This document shows, piece by piece, positions 39,965 through 52,971 of a stretch of DNA of 64,000 bases. This DNA is from Chiloscyllium plagiosum (lineage: Eukaryota), in the NCBI RefSeq assembly GCF_004010195.1, contig NC_057729.1, positions 7,669,951 through 7,733,950 of the forward strand. The letters are read 5' to 3'. The notes beneath the pieces were generated by a model. That model saw only the letters and a list, made by a program, of their open reading frames with translations, searched no databases and was not told the DNA's origin. Numbering within the stretch: position 1 is the stretch's first letter; each line of letters opens with the position of its first letter. The translations under genes and the position numbers were made by a program.

Positions 39965-40452
39965 CAGCAATTTAAGATCAGGAGAACTTGTACCTGGGAA
40001 CAACACTGTCAGCACACCAGGGTCCATTGAGATCATGGTGTGCAGTTGACTTATAAATGAATATGGTGAAGTTTCTACATTGCACTGGCATGTGTGAGTG
40101 AGTTATTGTCTCCAATTATGACCCATGAACTTCCTCTTTCTTCATGTTCTCTTCTGTGTTGTTGTCCCTATGCCCCGATGACCCTTAACCATTCCCCACT
40201 TCAGTTGAGCTCCTTTGTATTGCCGTAAAGTTCCCTGTCTCATCCCAGGATCTCATCAGTCCAAGGTGCTGATAGCCTTATTGGCTCGGCATGCTCTCCA
40301 CATCAAGACTGGAGAGACTTAACCCCCATCAGAACAATGCAAACCCCTTCTTTATGGAGAATTGAGCAAAAGTCCCCATATTCTACAATACTGGACCAAA
40401 ACCCAGGACTTTTCAAATATCTAAAATCCTGGATAAAAACCTGAGCTCAGGC

Positions 40453-41600
40453 TGTGACAAATACACTCAGAGCCAGGATGGCTTCGGTCTGGGGCCATTG
40501 TTCAGTCCGAAAATCTAATTTACACTTTCACTCTAAGAGAACAAACAACCGGACCACACACTCTAGACTGAAACTAACTTTTACACTTTGGGCTAACCAA
40601 TTATGGAACCTATACAAATACCAGACATTCAACTTCAATCAATATTCATCCAGAGTGATAGCAGACATTCAATCTCAATCAAGATACATTTACACATGCT
40701 TGGAAACAACCAGGAAGCCAATTGACTTCACCAGTAACACAATGGCAAGTGCACAATTGGCGTGAAGGTAAGAGATCTGTAATTAGTATAGTTTCAATAT
40801 CATCCAAAGGAGCTACCTCTCCGAGAGCTATCCCCACAGCTTTTTCCACAAAGGGATTCTCTGGCAGCTGCTCCAAAAGGGGGATCTCGGCAGCATATTC
40901 CAAAACCTACCAATACAGGCCTGTTCAGCAGCAGGGGAACCAACAGCAACCAACCATGACCAGCAAATCGAAGAACCAACAATCTCTGAAAATCACCGAC
41001 CTGACCGACACCGCAAGGCATCAAACACATCCTGATGTGAAAACCAGGCCCATAAATCAAAAGAAAATTAGAAAAAACAAGTGCTTGCCCAATAAATCCA
41101 AAACACATCCTCCTAAATCAGTGGACTTACCGTTCGAAGTCTTCATTGAGGCATCAGGTACAGCAAGCGGGAACAGCCAGCTGTATTTCAAAATTGCATT
41201 TTCCCCAGTGGTGAGCTTAACTCCTGAGAACCCAAAGTTTCCAACCTAGCTAGCAGGGAGAGGAAGGTGGCTGGTGACAGTGCAGGGACCTAAAGGATAT
41301 GACACCTGATTAAAGTTTGTGATTAAGATTACTGTTTAGATTCTATTAGTGTTTAACCTGTATTCAATTTAATAGTGTATTGAATTACTGTCCTCTGTAT
41401 AATTGCTTGTGTCAATTTTACTCTCTATTACATTTTCCTTTATTTCTTGTATTATACTTATCTTTTGTATTTAATAAATGCAGAGACTCTTACCCTAAAA
41501 TACCTATCTACTGCCTTCTTCATTTCACTTTACTAAATAAGAACAGTGTCAAAACCAGGATCTGGGGGTGATGCAAACAACCTAAACAAATTCAACAAAT
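40453..41600 (+). mobile_element. Putative long solo LTR or unclassified insertion
   Basis: Begins TGTGACA; T-rich 3' part with AATAAA near 41473; ends near ..AACA; no TSD found. Confidence 0.35.
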
Positions 41601-41814
41601 TACTGACCTACATCTACCTGGTCCAACCCCATTATCTGCAATTGTCCCCAACCCTGAAAAATTTCCTCAGTGACCTGCTAAAATAAGGCCAATCCCCAGA
41701 TTTGAACTGCTCGTAGCTACCACAAAAGATTCACACTTGAAAGCCTCTCAGATTCATTTTTTTGAACCACCCTTTCATTCCCTAACTGCCTGTCATCCCT
41801 CCTCAGCCCCCAGA

Positions 41815-42145
41815 TGTCATTGGGTCATAGAGATGTACAGCACGGAAACAGACCCTTCAGTCCAACCCATCCATGCCAACCAGGTATCCCAATCCCAACC
41901 ACCTGCCAGCACACTGCCCATATCCCTCCAAACCCTTCCTATTCATACACTCATCCAAATGTTACATTATGTTCCCCCATCCAAAATCATTGATATATAT
42001 TGTGAATAGCTGGGGTCCCAGCACAGATCCCTGTGACACCCCACTAGTTACTGCCTTCCAATTTTAAAAGGACCCATTAATTCCTTCTTCGTTTCCTCTC
42101 TGCCAACCAATTTTCTATCCATCTCAATACACATCCCCCAATCTA
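41815..42145 (-). mobile_element. CR1 fragment, RT joined to 3' tail
   Basis: Minus strand reads VTSGVSQGSVLGPQLFTIYINDFG, directly followed by the 3' UTR. Confidence 0.85.
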
Positions 42146-44229
42146 ACACAAAAGGCCAGAGTCACTTAATGGGTATCCAGTTTCAGCTGTTTCTTAATTA
42201 AGCCACTATTTCACTCAAACCCTTGAAAAACCTTGCTTAGGGGCTGGAAACAAACTAAATTAAACTGCAGAATTCAGTTTAATGTCAATTACAAACTAAA
42301 ATACATTTATACTAAATAGAAATTTGACTTTTATACCCAACAACTACACATACACAGTACTGCCACCTAGAAGGTCAACAGCACAGACCTATCACAACAC
42401 AAGGTCAAGTTATACAGCTCCTGTCTTAGAACTGTATTACTGTTTGCTTGCTGTCACTGCATCAAAATCCTAGAACCCCATTCCCAATAGGAGGCGCAAC
42501 TGGACTGCAGTGGCTCGAGGACTATGACACTAACATCCATTAAGAATTGAACAAACTTGGATGTCTTTTGTAACAAGTTCTTATTGGATCAACCAACAAG
42601 TGTCCCAGACAACATTCACTTGAATGGCAAGAATAACAGTGGTCTAATCCCCGGGTTTGCAATCATGTGACCGTGACTAAGTCCCTGGGGCATAAATGGC
42701 ACAGTTGCTGGACTGGCTGTGGCAGCACCCCTTGACTGAATGTAGTCCACCCTCATTCCACTGACCATTCTTTTCTTTTGACTTTTATACATTGCATACT
42801 CTTCAAGCATGTGCATTATGTTTTCCATGTAAGCTGCACCATCTCTGATGGTCATCCAGGAATGTGTGGTGCAGCCGCACCACTCACCACCGCCACCACC
42901 AATTGCTACATAAAATATTTCTCAGTTTTGAGTTGTGACAAGCTACCCTACCTTTCCCATGATGCTAAATTTCCATCTCCAAGCCAAAGATTGATGGCTG
43001 CCTTACTTCCAAGACCTACCTGAGGGGAACAGTCCTGCCTGAGCCTGCCTGATAACAAGCAATGTGATGTTCTATGGCTGATGGGTTGCTATTGCCAAGT
43101 TGTATGGATGGATGATCCAAGGAGACTTTGTGCCATTGGCCATTCAGACTATGACTGTAGTTGGAGTGGTTCCATCCAAAATGAAAAGGAGGAAATTAAG
43201 TACGTACTTGGTTATTACAGACAAGTTTGAAGAGTGTAGTGGTTGAAAAACACATCCGGTCAGGCAGCAGGAGAATCAATGTTTCAGGCTTATAACAGAC
43301 AGATTGTTGAAGAATTGAGCTATTTGATTGTGTAGAAAATAATACGAAAGGTGAAGTTAATATGGCAAGCTGTATAATTAATGAGATGTAAAAGCAAGCA
43401 TTTCTTACCATCTGCTGGTGAGTTTTTGATCTTGCCATCTTGGGAAGGAGCAGTTAATTGCAATGGTTTAACTCAATGTTGAGAATTTGTTTTTAGTTTC
43501 TTGCCTGATTAAGTAACCACATTCACCAACATGCTTCCCACCACAGGGAGGGAATATTACACTTACATTGGTCATATTTTAGGTGTCACAAGTTCTATCA
43601 CACTTAGATAACAAATACAATTGTAGGAGAACAAAAGATGCTAATATATGGACTGTAGGATACACTTCAAAAAAACACGTCAGACTTTTTTAGGACTTTT
43701 CTTGCCATGATGTGGTAATATCTAAATAAAAATCTTCTAATTCTTCTTATCACATTTTGTTGATTCTTACTTTTTCTGCTCTTTAATTTACCCCAGGAGC
43801 TGCCTAAGGACAAACAGCCTTTAATTCATTGAGAAAATGCACAGCTTATCATACCTTGCCAAACTTATACTGAGCTTCAGCCAGTTTTACATCAAGAGTA
43901 GCCTGGCATTAGCAGTCCTCAATAATCCTTCAGCTTCCCATGAGCATTATCTTCGGAGATTTATTAGCATTAATTAACAAGGTGTGAATACACTGACAAA
44001 ATGCAATGGGATGCAATAAGAATATGGCCAGAGTTACTCATTTTCTTTTGATTATTTGATTTTGTTTCTCAATGTTCAATTTCCTTCAGTGACAAGATCC
44101 TGAGCTGAGTAAATGTCTGTTGCAGTGAATTTAACAGCAAATACTGCATATCTCCCATTTGCATTCATCAATAACATGTCCTGAAGCATAGCCTTAGATC
44201 TGTCACTTGTTATTGCTTACAGTCAGCTT

Positions 44230-44610
44230 TATCAAGTTTGGCTCAGTCATAATTCTCCCGCCTCTGACTTAACTTATGGGCTCAAGCCCTGTTCCAGGGT
44301 TCCTATGCTAGCTAGTGCTTACAAATAACATTGTTGAACTATAACCTGGTGTTGTGTGATTTTTAACTTTGTACACCCCAGTCCAACACCACCATCTCCA
44401 AATCCTTAGTGCAGTACTGAAGGAGTGTTGCATTGTCAAAGGTGTCATCTTGCAGGAGAGGTTAAATCGAAGCTTTGTTTGTTGCTTTGTAGGAAGAGGA
44501 TGAGTGTGCTGCTCTTATTCCTCAACCGATATCACAAAACAACATGTTATGTGATTACTGATAAATTGCTTTTTGGGGCTAAATTGTGTGCAAATTAGTC
44601 ATTGCAAGTT
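44230..44610 (+). mobile_element. SacSINE1-like DeuSINE interrupted by a PLE family B terminus (about 44306-44405)
   Basis: 'gtgcagtactgaaggagtgttgcattgtc..gttaaatcga'; the insert is 'ctataacctggtgttgtgtgatttttaactttgtacaccccagtccaacacc'. Confidence 0.75.
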
Positions 44611-44614
44611 TTTT

Positions 44615-44900
44615 TTAGATCAGATTCCCTACAGTGTAGAAACAGGCTCTTTGGCCCAACCAGTCCACACCGACCCTCCAAAGAGTAACCCACCCAAACC
44701 CATTTCCCTAACATTATGGGCAATTCAGCATGGCCAATTCACCTGACCTGCACATCTTTGGGCTGTGGGAGGAAACCAGAGCAAATCCATGCAGACAATG
44801 CACAAACTCCACAAAGAACAGACAGTTGCCCAAGGCAGGAATTGAACCTAGGATCCTGGTGCTGCAAGGCAGCAATGCTAACCACTGTGCCACCATGCCA
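44615..44900 (-). mobile_element. HE1 V-SINE
   Basis: Minus strand has the A box ggtggcacagtggttagc, B box ggttcaattcc, and V-domain. Confidence 0.92.
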
Positions 44901-45334
44901 CCCCATTGACAGCTGGTGTGTAAAAGGGAGCTCTTCAATGGACTCTTGCCATACACGAGATTTTCCTTTGCTTGTAGCAGATGCCTGAGTCCAAGGAAGC
45001 AAACATCTCATTGTCATAATTAATGATCCTATTAAGGGAGTTACATATAGATGTTAGCATTTTTACAATGGTGAGGTAAGCCCTCGTCCCTCTATGTGGG
45101 AAGGAACCAACTACACTATACAAGGTAGTAGCAATGCAAAATGTTTGTAAACTCACTTCTTGTTGGCAATATCCATAAATATCCAAGGCTGGAAGATTCT
45201 TTGAAACTCAAGAGGCAAGTCATCTAATGGACTTTGGAAATATGTCTTAATTATGGAACTTCAAGTTTTTTTCAGCCAAAGAGCCTGAAAAGAAACAAAT
45301 CACAGCAATTTCCTGAAATGACAACTAGATACTG

Positions 45335-45612
45335 GGGGTGATATGGTAGCTCAGCATACTGTCTCACAGCACGAGGGACCTGGCTTCCATTCCAGCCTCG
45401 AGTGACTGTCTGTGCAGAGTTTCCATATTCTCCCAGTGTCTGCGTGGGTTTTCTGGGTGCACTGGTTTCCTTCCACAGTCCAAAGATGTGCAGGTTAGGT
45501 GGATTGGCCATGCCAAATTGCCCATAGTGTCCAGGGTTACAGGATATATTAGGGTCTGAGTGGGAAGCTCTTTAGATGGGCTGAATGGCCTACTTCCACA
45601 CTGATTCTATGA
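45335..45612 (+). mobile_element. HE1 V-SINE, older
   Basis: 'gtgtctgcgtgggttttctgggtgcactggtttccttccacagtccaaagatgtgcagg'. Confidence 0.88.
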
Positions 45613-46224
45613 TTTTTCCTGTGCATGTTCCCCACTGAGATTTTAACCATAAAGACGGAGATGAGGACGTAATGTGAAATACATTATTCAGGTTCTGGAA
45701 TGGTCCCAGCAGAATGAATAAGAACAAAATAATACATGAAAAATTGAAATACAAAAACATGTATGACAGAGTAATACAGTTAATATTTCAGGAAAATAAC
45801 TATTCGTTCACAAGCTGGAGGAAGGATGAAATGTGATGTATGCTGTTGAAGTAGAGCTGGGGTGAAAGAACAAAAGGGAAGGTTTGGAATAAGGTGAAGT
45901 GCGCAACAATGAACTAACAGAAATATTGCAGAACAGAAGGCAAAGGAGGTAGTAATGGTTCCAACAAAGAATAAACGTTTGTCCAGAGTGTGAATGCAAA
46001 GATAAAGCAGCTCTGTCTGAAAGCAAAAGCATGAAAACAATATTCAAAAGGGGGGACAGATTTTATGGTTAGAAATCATTGAACTCAATGTTGAGTCCAG
46101 AGGCTGCAAAATGCCTAATTAGAAGATGGGATGTTATTTCTTGTGTTACACATCAGCAGGCTATGGGCCAAAATGGGAACTTGAGAGAATCAAAACGGTA
46201 TACAAACAAACAGAGAGATGTGAG

Positions 46225-46457
46225 TGTAGTCATTGGAGCAAGGTCAGCTGACTGGACTCCATTGACTATGAGCTCCCTGACTGGGCATGTTAATCTGGTC
46301 CAATCAGGGAGTCCTGACTTACATATAAAAAGGATGGATGTCAGGGATATTAGGTCCCCCAAATGCTTGATTCAGTGAGAGGCTATTGTCAAAGGCTATG
46401 TATTAGTGAATAAAGGGTGATTGTTGATGGAATGCTAGGTTCTGAAGAATTATTTGC
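46225..46457 (+). mobile_element. Short solo LTR (probably Gypsy-type) with promoter signals
   Basis: TGTAGT start, CCAAT 46300-46304, TATAAAA 46324-46330, AATAAA 46409-46414; terminal CA not preserved. Confidence 0.6.
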
Positions 46458-47289
46458 TGAGGTAAGTTTATTTTATCCAGAGGGTGGTGGCAGACTGGAA
46501 AGCACTGCCTGGGAAGGTAGTAGAGGTGAGTTGCCTCATTTTCATTAAAACGTACTTGGTCGGCATTTAGTACGTCATAACATTCAGGCAATGGATGAAG
46601 TACTGGTAATTGGGATTAGGTTGAAGATCAGGTGTCGGTGAAGATCCGGTGAGCTGAAGAAATTAAGTTGTCCGTCGACAGCTCTCTGTAAAAAGATCAC
46701 CAGCAGGTAAAAGCCCAGAGGGAAAGGCCCAAGTGAATGGAGAGTGTTGGAGAAGGATAAAGAGGTCTATGAAGTGGGGAGAGGCGTCAGGACTAAGAGA
46801 GTGGGCATGGAACCAAAAGTGGTAGGTGAAGAGCTCAAAGTCATGCAGAGCAAATTGGAAGTTAGAAAATGCAACACTGTTAATCAAGAAAGGACAGAGA
46901 GAAAACAGCATACAGCAAGCCAGCTAGCGTGGCATCAATCTTTGAGGAAATACTGGAACTTGTTACTAAAGAAGTCTTGGCAATGCTTTTTAAAAAACAT
47001 GGCATGATTAAAACTGGTTAACATGACATTAGAAGAGTGATTACAGTAGAATAATCTTGCTACAATGCTAAGGGTCTTGATGAGACCACAATTGAAATTT
47101 TGTGTCCAATTTGATTGCCATATTGAAAGGGAAATAATCTCAATGGAGGCAGTTCAGCAAAGGTCCATTAGACTGTTGCTTGACATGGAACGGTTGTCGT
47201 CGAATGGCAGGCTGAGTAAGTTGTGTATATATATCTCCGAGTTTAGAAGGTAATCTCATGGAAACATTTAAGAAAATGATGGGGTTCAC

Positions 47290-47822
47290 TTGCGGAACGT
47301 TTCAGAGAACACCTCTGGGACACCTGGACCAACCAACCCAACCACCCCGTGGCTCAACACTTCAACTCCCCCTCCCACTCCACCAACAACATGCAGGTCC
47401 ATGGACTCCTCCATCGCCAGACCATAGCAACACGACAGTTGGAGGAAGAGTGCCTCATCTTCCGCCTAGGAACCCTCCAACCACAAGGGATGAACTCAGA
47501 TTTCTCCAGTTTCCTCATTTCCCCTCCCCCCACCTTGTCTCAGTCAAATCCCTCAAAATCAGCACTGCCTTCCTAACCTGCAATCTTCTTCCTGACCTCT
47601 CCGCCCCCACCCCACTCCAGCCTATCACCCTCACCTTGACCTCCTGCCACCTATTGCATTTCCAACACCCCTCCCCCAAGTCCCTCCTTCCTATCTTTTA
47701 TCTTAGCCTGCTGGACACACTTTCCTCATTCCTGAAGAAGGGCTCATGCCCAAAACGTCGATTCTCCTGTTCCTTGGATGCTGCCTGGCCTGCTGCGCTT
47801 TTCCAGCAACACATTTTCAGCT
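47290..47822 (+). mobile_element. PLE family A 3' fragment (GIY-YIG C-terminus plus terminus), inserted in a decayed CR1
   Basis: Reads ERFREHLWDT...AQHFNSPSHSTNNMQVHGLLHRQTIATRQLEEECLIFRLGTLQPQGMNSDF. Confidence 0.92.
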
Positions 47823-48159
47823 TCACACAATAAATACTATGACATAAAAGACGAGTTGTCTGTTTTTGCTGGGACTGATTGAGGATAGGACACCATGAGA
47901 GCTCTTTGCATACCGTGACATTTTATGTACTCTTGAGCTGACAGACAGACACCAGTTTAACATCTTGTCAAAAAGAGCAAAATTCAAGCAGCCTAGATTA
48001 AGTGCTCAATTCTTTAGCATAGTTAAATCAATGGACGTCAGATTCAGCAAGAAAATGCTACCAGCTAAGCTAAGCTGAAAGGTACTGGCCATAAATGTCA
48101 GGTTTTGATCCTTACTTTGTGCTGAGTCGATTAAACATAAGCAGGTCAGCAAGTGATGC

Positions 48160-50955
48160 TGCACAGAAGGGACGGAGGGAAAGGAGGAGACTGTTAGTCA
48201 TTGGGGACTCAATAGTTAGAGGCTCAGATAGAAGGTTTGTTGGGAACAAATGAGACTCACGGTTGGTGTGTTGCCTCCCAGGTGCCAGGGTCCGTGATGT
48301 CTCACATCATATCTTTGGAGTCCTGAAGGGAGAAGGTGACCAGCCTCAAGTACTTGTCCATGTAGGTACCAACGACATAGGTAGAAAGAGGGATAGGAAT
48401 GTAAGGCAGGATTTCAAGGAGCTAGGGTGGAAGCTGAGGTGTCATCTCTGATTGTTACCTGTGCCACGTGATATCGAGGCAAGGAATAGGGAGAGATAAC
48501 AGCTGAACACGTGGCTGCAAGGATGGTGCAGGAGGGAGGGTTTCAGGTTCTTGGTTAATTGGGGCTCATTCTGGGGAAGGTGGGACTTGAACCAGAGGGG
48601 TACTAATATTCTGGGTGGGAAATTTGCTGGTATTATTCGGGTGTTTTAAACTAGCTCAACAGGGGGGTGGGAACTGGAGGTGTAGTTGCAGTGCACAGGA
48701 GGATGAGAGTAGGAAAAACAGGGACAGGATTTCAGGGTCACAGGAATGTGCTGACAGACAGCAAACTGGTTTGAAGTGTGTCTACTTCAATGCCAGAAGT
48801 ATTCGAAATAAGATAGGTGAGCTTGCATCTTGGATAGGTACTTGAGACTTCAATGTTGTGCCCATTTCGGAGACATGGATAGAGCAGGGTGAGGAATGGA
48901 TGTTGCAGGATCCAGGGTTTAGATCTTTCATTAAGAACAGGCAAGGTGGTAAAACAGGTGGAGGCGTGGCCTTATTAGTCAAGGATAGTATAACAGTGGC
49001 TGAGAGAACTTTTGCTGAGGACTCGTCTACTGAGGTAGTGTGGGCTGAGGTTAGAAACAGGAGAGGAGAGATCACACTGCTTGGAGTTTTTTATAGGCCT
49101 CCGCAGAGTTCCAGGGATGTGGAAGAGAGGATTGGCAACAGTATTCTGGGTAGGAGTGAAAGGAACAGGGTGGTCATTATGGGGGATTTTAACTTCCCCA
49201 ACATTGACTGGAAATGCTATAACTCTAGTACGTCAGATGGATCAGTTTTTGTCCAATGTGTACAGGAGGGTTTCCGGACACGGTATGTTGAAGGGCCAAC
49301 AAGAGGGGAGGCCACACTGGATCTGGTGCTTGGTAATGAACCAAGCCAGGTGATTGATTTAGTTGTAGGTGAGTATTTTGGAGAGAGTGACCATAATTCA
49401 GTTACGTTTAGTTTAGCGATGGAAAGGGATAGGCACATGCCACAGGTCAAGAGTTATCGATGGGACAAGGGCAATTATAATGTGATTAGGTGAGAATTAG
49501 GATGCATAGAATGGGGTAGCAAAATGCAGGGGATGCAGACAATAGAAATGTGGAGCTGGTTTAAGAAACAGATATTGCGTGTCCTTGATAGATATGTCCC
49601 TGTCAGGCAGGTAGAAAATGATAAGGTAAGGGAACCGTACTTTACTAAAGAAATTGCATCTCTTGTTAAGTTGAAGAAGGAGGCTTATGTGTTGATGAGG
49701 CAAGATGGTTCAGATGAGGCGATGGAGAGTTACAGATCAGCTAGGAAGGATTTAAAGAGAGAGTTATGAAGAGCAAAGAGAGGACATGAGCGGTCTTTAG
49801 CAAATAGAATAAAGGAGAACCCTAAAACTTTCTATAGGTATGTGAGGAATAAATGGATGATTAGGGTAGGAATAGGGCCAGTCAAAGACAGAAGTGGGAA
49901 GTTGAGTGTGGACCCTGTAGAGATTGAGAGGTGCTAAATGAACATCTCTCATCGGTTTTCCCTCAGGAAAAGGAGAATATTGTAGAGGAGAAGAATGAGG
50001 TACGCGATATTAGACTAGAAAGGATTGAGGTTAGTTACGAACAGGTGTTATCAATTCTAGAAGGCGTGAAAGTAGACAAGTCCACTGGGCAGGATGGGAT
50101 TTATCTGAGGATTCTCTGGGAAGCGAGGGAGGAGATAGCAGAGCCTTTGGCTTTGATATTTGAGTCGTCTTTGTCTACAGGTTTAGTACCAGAGGACTGG
50201 AGGATTGCAAGTGTTGTTCAAGAAGGGCAGCAGAGATGACCCAGGTAATTATAGACCAGTGAGCCTTACTTCTATTGTAGGAAAGGTTTAGGAAAGAATT
50301 ATAAGAGATAAGATTTATAATCATCCAGCAAGCAACAATTTAATTTCAGATAGTCAACATGGTTTTGACAAGGGCAGGTTGTGTCTCACAAACCTCATTG
50401 AGTTTCTTGAGAAGGTGACCAAGCATGTAGATGAGGGTAGGGCTGTTGACATGGTATACATGGACTTCAGTAAAGCCTTTGATAGGATTCCACATGGTAG
50501 GCTGTTGGAGAAAATGCAGAGGCATGGAATTGAGGGTGATTTAGCAGTTTGGATTACAAACTGGCTTTCTGAAAGAAGGCAGCAAGTGGTAGTTGATGAA
50601 AAATATTCAGCCTGGAGTCCGGTTACTAGTGATCTGTTTTGGGACCACTGCTGTTTGCCATTCCTATAAATGACTTAGATGCAGGCATAGGTAGATGGAT
50701 TAGTAAATTTGCAGATGACATTGAAGTCAGTGGAGTGGTGAACAGTTTGGAAGAATGTTACAGGTTGCAACAGGGCTTGGATAAACTGCAGAATTGGGCT
50801 GAAAGGTGTTCAATGGAGTTCAATGCAGCTAAATGTAAGGTCATGCACTTTGGGAAGAATAACAGGAAGGAAGAGTACTGGGTCAATGGAAAGAATCTTG
50901 GTAGTGTGGATGTGCAGAGGGATCTGCACTGTAATGTTCTATGTTCTATGTTCTA
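48160..50955 (+). mobile_element. Near-complete but disabled CR1/HER1 LINE: ORF1 esterase, ORF2 AP endonuclease and RT; RT C-terminus deleted
   Basis: Reads VIGDSIVRG, CCLPGARVRDV, HVGTND; YFNARSIRNK, MGDFNFPNIDW, SDHN; MDFSKAFD, KFADD; stops and frameshifts; (TTCTATG)n tail. Confidence 0.96.
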
Positions 50956-51398
50956 AATGTTTGCCATATTTCCTTGAGTAAGAAGGAAGAATTCAACCAG
51001 TGTATTAGAGTCAATATTAATATTGTTCTACTAACATTGCATTTGCAATAATTTTACCCTCTTCTCTATTTTCCTGTAGAACAAGGGTAAATTTTATTTT
51101 AAACTCAAATGGGGTGCACAGCCTTTAAAGTGGAGCTGATGTATAAACACTGTACTGAGGTCAGGTCCATTAGTGTTGATTATCCCTAACAAGGAAATAA
51201 TCTTCATATGAGAACCTCCATAGTGAATCTCAACAATGTAGACCTTATATTTGAAATTGGCCTTGTTCTCATCATACATTCCAGCAGGAGTTGCTGGATG
51301 GGGATATTGACCCTAATAAACTGGTTGAATTCTTCCTTCTTACTCAAGAAAATATGGCAAACGTTTAGAACATAGAACATAGAACATTACAGCGCAGA
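50923..51398. repeat. About 95-bp inverted duplication (arms 50923-51017 and 51304-51398)
   Basis: Arms are reverse complements with about 5 mismatches; 286-bp unique spacer. Confidence 0.93.
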
Positions 51399-51414
51399 AC
51401 AGGCCCTTCGGCCT

Positions 51415-51700
51415 CGATTTAAATCCCACCACAGCAGATAGAGGAGTTTTAACTCAACAAAGCAAAAGTCTGGGTTTAAGAGTCCAATGATGATCATGAA
51501 TCTGTTGATAATTGTCAGAAAAACCTATCTAGTTCACTAATGTTCTTCAGGAAATAATCTGCCATCCTTAACTGGTCTGGCCTATATGTGACTCCAGATG
51601 CACGGCAATGTGATTGACTCTTAACTGACCTCTGGGTGAAGAGAGATGGGCAATAAATACTGCCTGGCCAGCAACACCCTCCTCCTGTGAATGAAAAAAT
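51415..51700 (+). mobile_element. tRNA-derived SINE, same family as 3638-4022, head truncated
   Basis: 'gttcactaatgttcttcagg...ggtctggcctatatgtgactccag...gatgggcaataaatactg'. Confidence 0.8.
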
Positions 51701-51819
51701 ATAATCTAGTCAACTGATGAGAACAGAACTAGAATTTCATTGACTTTCGAAAGTGATCCCTTTCATAACAAACAAACATTGGGTTCTTCTGTAGGATAGG
51801 TTGAGAGACCAGGCCCCTT

Positions 51820-52805
51820 CCCATAAAACCAAACATTTTTGGAGCAAAATTAGGCCATTCAGCCTTATAAGTCTGTTCCACCACCCAATCATGGCTGATA
51901 TGTTTTTCAACCCCATTCTCCTGGCTTCTCCCCATAACCTTTGATCTCCTTACTAATCAAAAACCTCTGTCTCTTTGACTTAAACACACTCAATGATTTG
52001 GCCTCCACAGCCTTCTGTGGCAATGAGTTCCACAGATTCACCACCTCTAGCTGAAGAAATTCCTCCTCACCATAGTTCTAGATGGTTATCCCTTCACTCT
52101 GAGGCTATATCCTCAGGTCCTAGTCTTTCATACTCATGGAAACATCTTCTCCATGTTCACTCTATTCAGGCCTCTCAGTATTCTTCAAGATTCAATCAAA
52201 TTTCTCCTAATCCTTCTAAATGTCATCGAGTATAGGCACAGCTTCCTCAATCACTTCTCACATGACAAGACCTTCATCTTCAGAATCATTCTTGTAAACG
52301 TCCTCTGGACCCACTTCAATGCCAGCATATCCTTCCTTAGGTACGGGCCCAAAACTGCTGACATGTTCCAAATGTGGTTTGAGCAGAGCTTTGTACAGCC
52401 TCAGCAGTACATCTTTGCTTTGGTGTTCTAGCCCTGTTGAAATGAATGCAAATATTGCATTTACCTTTCTAACTGCAAACTGAAACTTTAAATTAACCTT
52501 AAGAGAATCCTGAACCAGGACACTCAAGTGACTTTGTGTTTCAGATTTCCAAAGTCTTTCCCCATTTAGAACATATGCCTTGATTCTTTCTAACAAGATG
52601 CATAAACTCACAGTTTTCCACATTGTATTCCATCTGCCACTTCTTTGTCCACTCTTATAACCAATCAAAGTCCTTCTACAGCCTCCCGCTTCCTCAATCT
52701 TAACCGTCTCACTACCTATCTTTGTGTCATCTGCAAATTTAGCAATAATGCCCTCAGTTCCTTTGTCCAGATTGTCAATGTATAACATGAATAGTTGTGG
52801 CCTCA
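51820..52805 (-). mobile_element. CR1/HER1 LINE RT to 3' end
   Basis: ORF 52258..52806 reads PQLFMLYIDNLD...IAKFADDTKIG...RLYKALLKPHLE. Confidence 0.94.
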
Positions 52806-52971
52806 AAAACCACTATTTACTGATATAACAGCATGTTAGAAATCAGTTTCAGTGTCACCCATAACACTGTTGATCACTGGGATCGCAGTAACAATGTCCA
52901 AAAATAATGTGCAGCATCGTAACTGCCAATGGAAGTGGGTTTAGGTGAGAACAAGGATTTAAGTCCCTGAT

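Noticed and set aside
47258-47833. 191-aa proline-rich ORF
   Set aside because: It is an alternative frame of the Penelope fragment; the informative frame is 47349..47576.
51094-51279. 61-aa ORF in the spacer of the inverted duplication, as cargo of a TIR element
   Set aside because: The arms consist of LINE tail plus flank rather than transposon TIRs; no TSD was found and the peptide is unrecognised.
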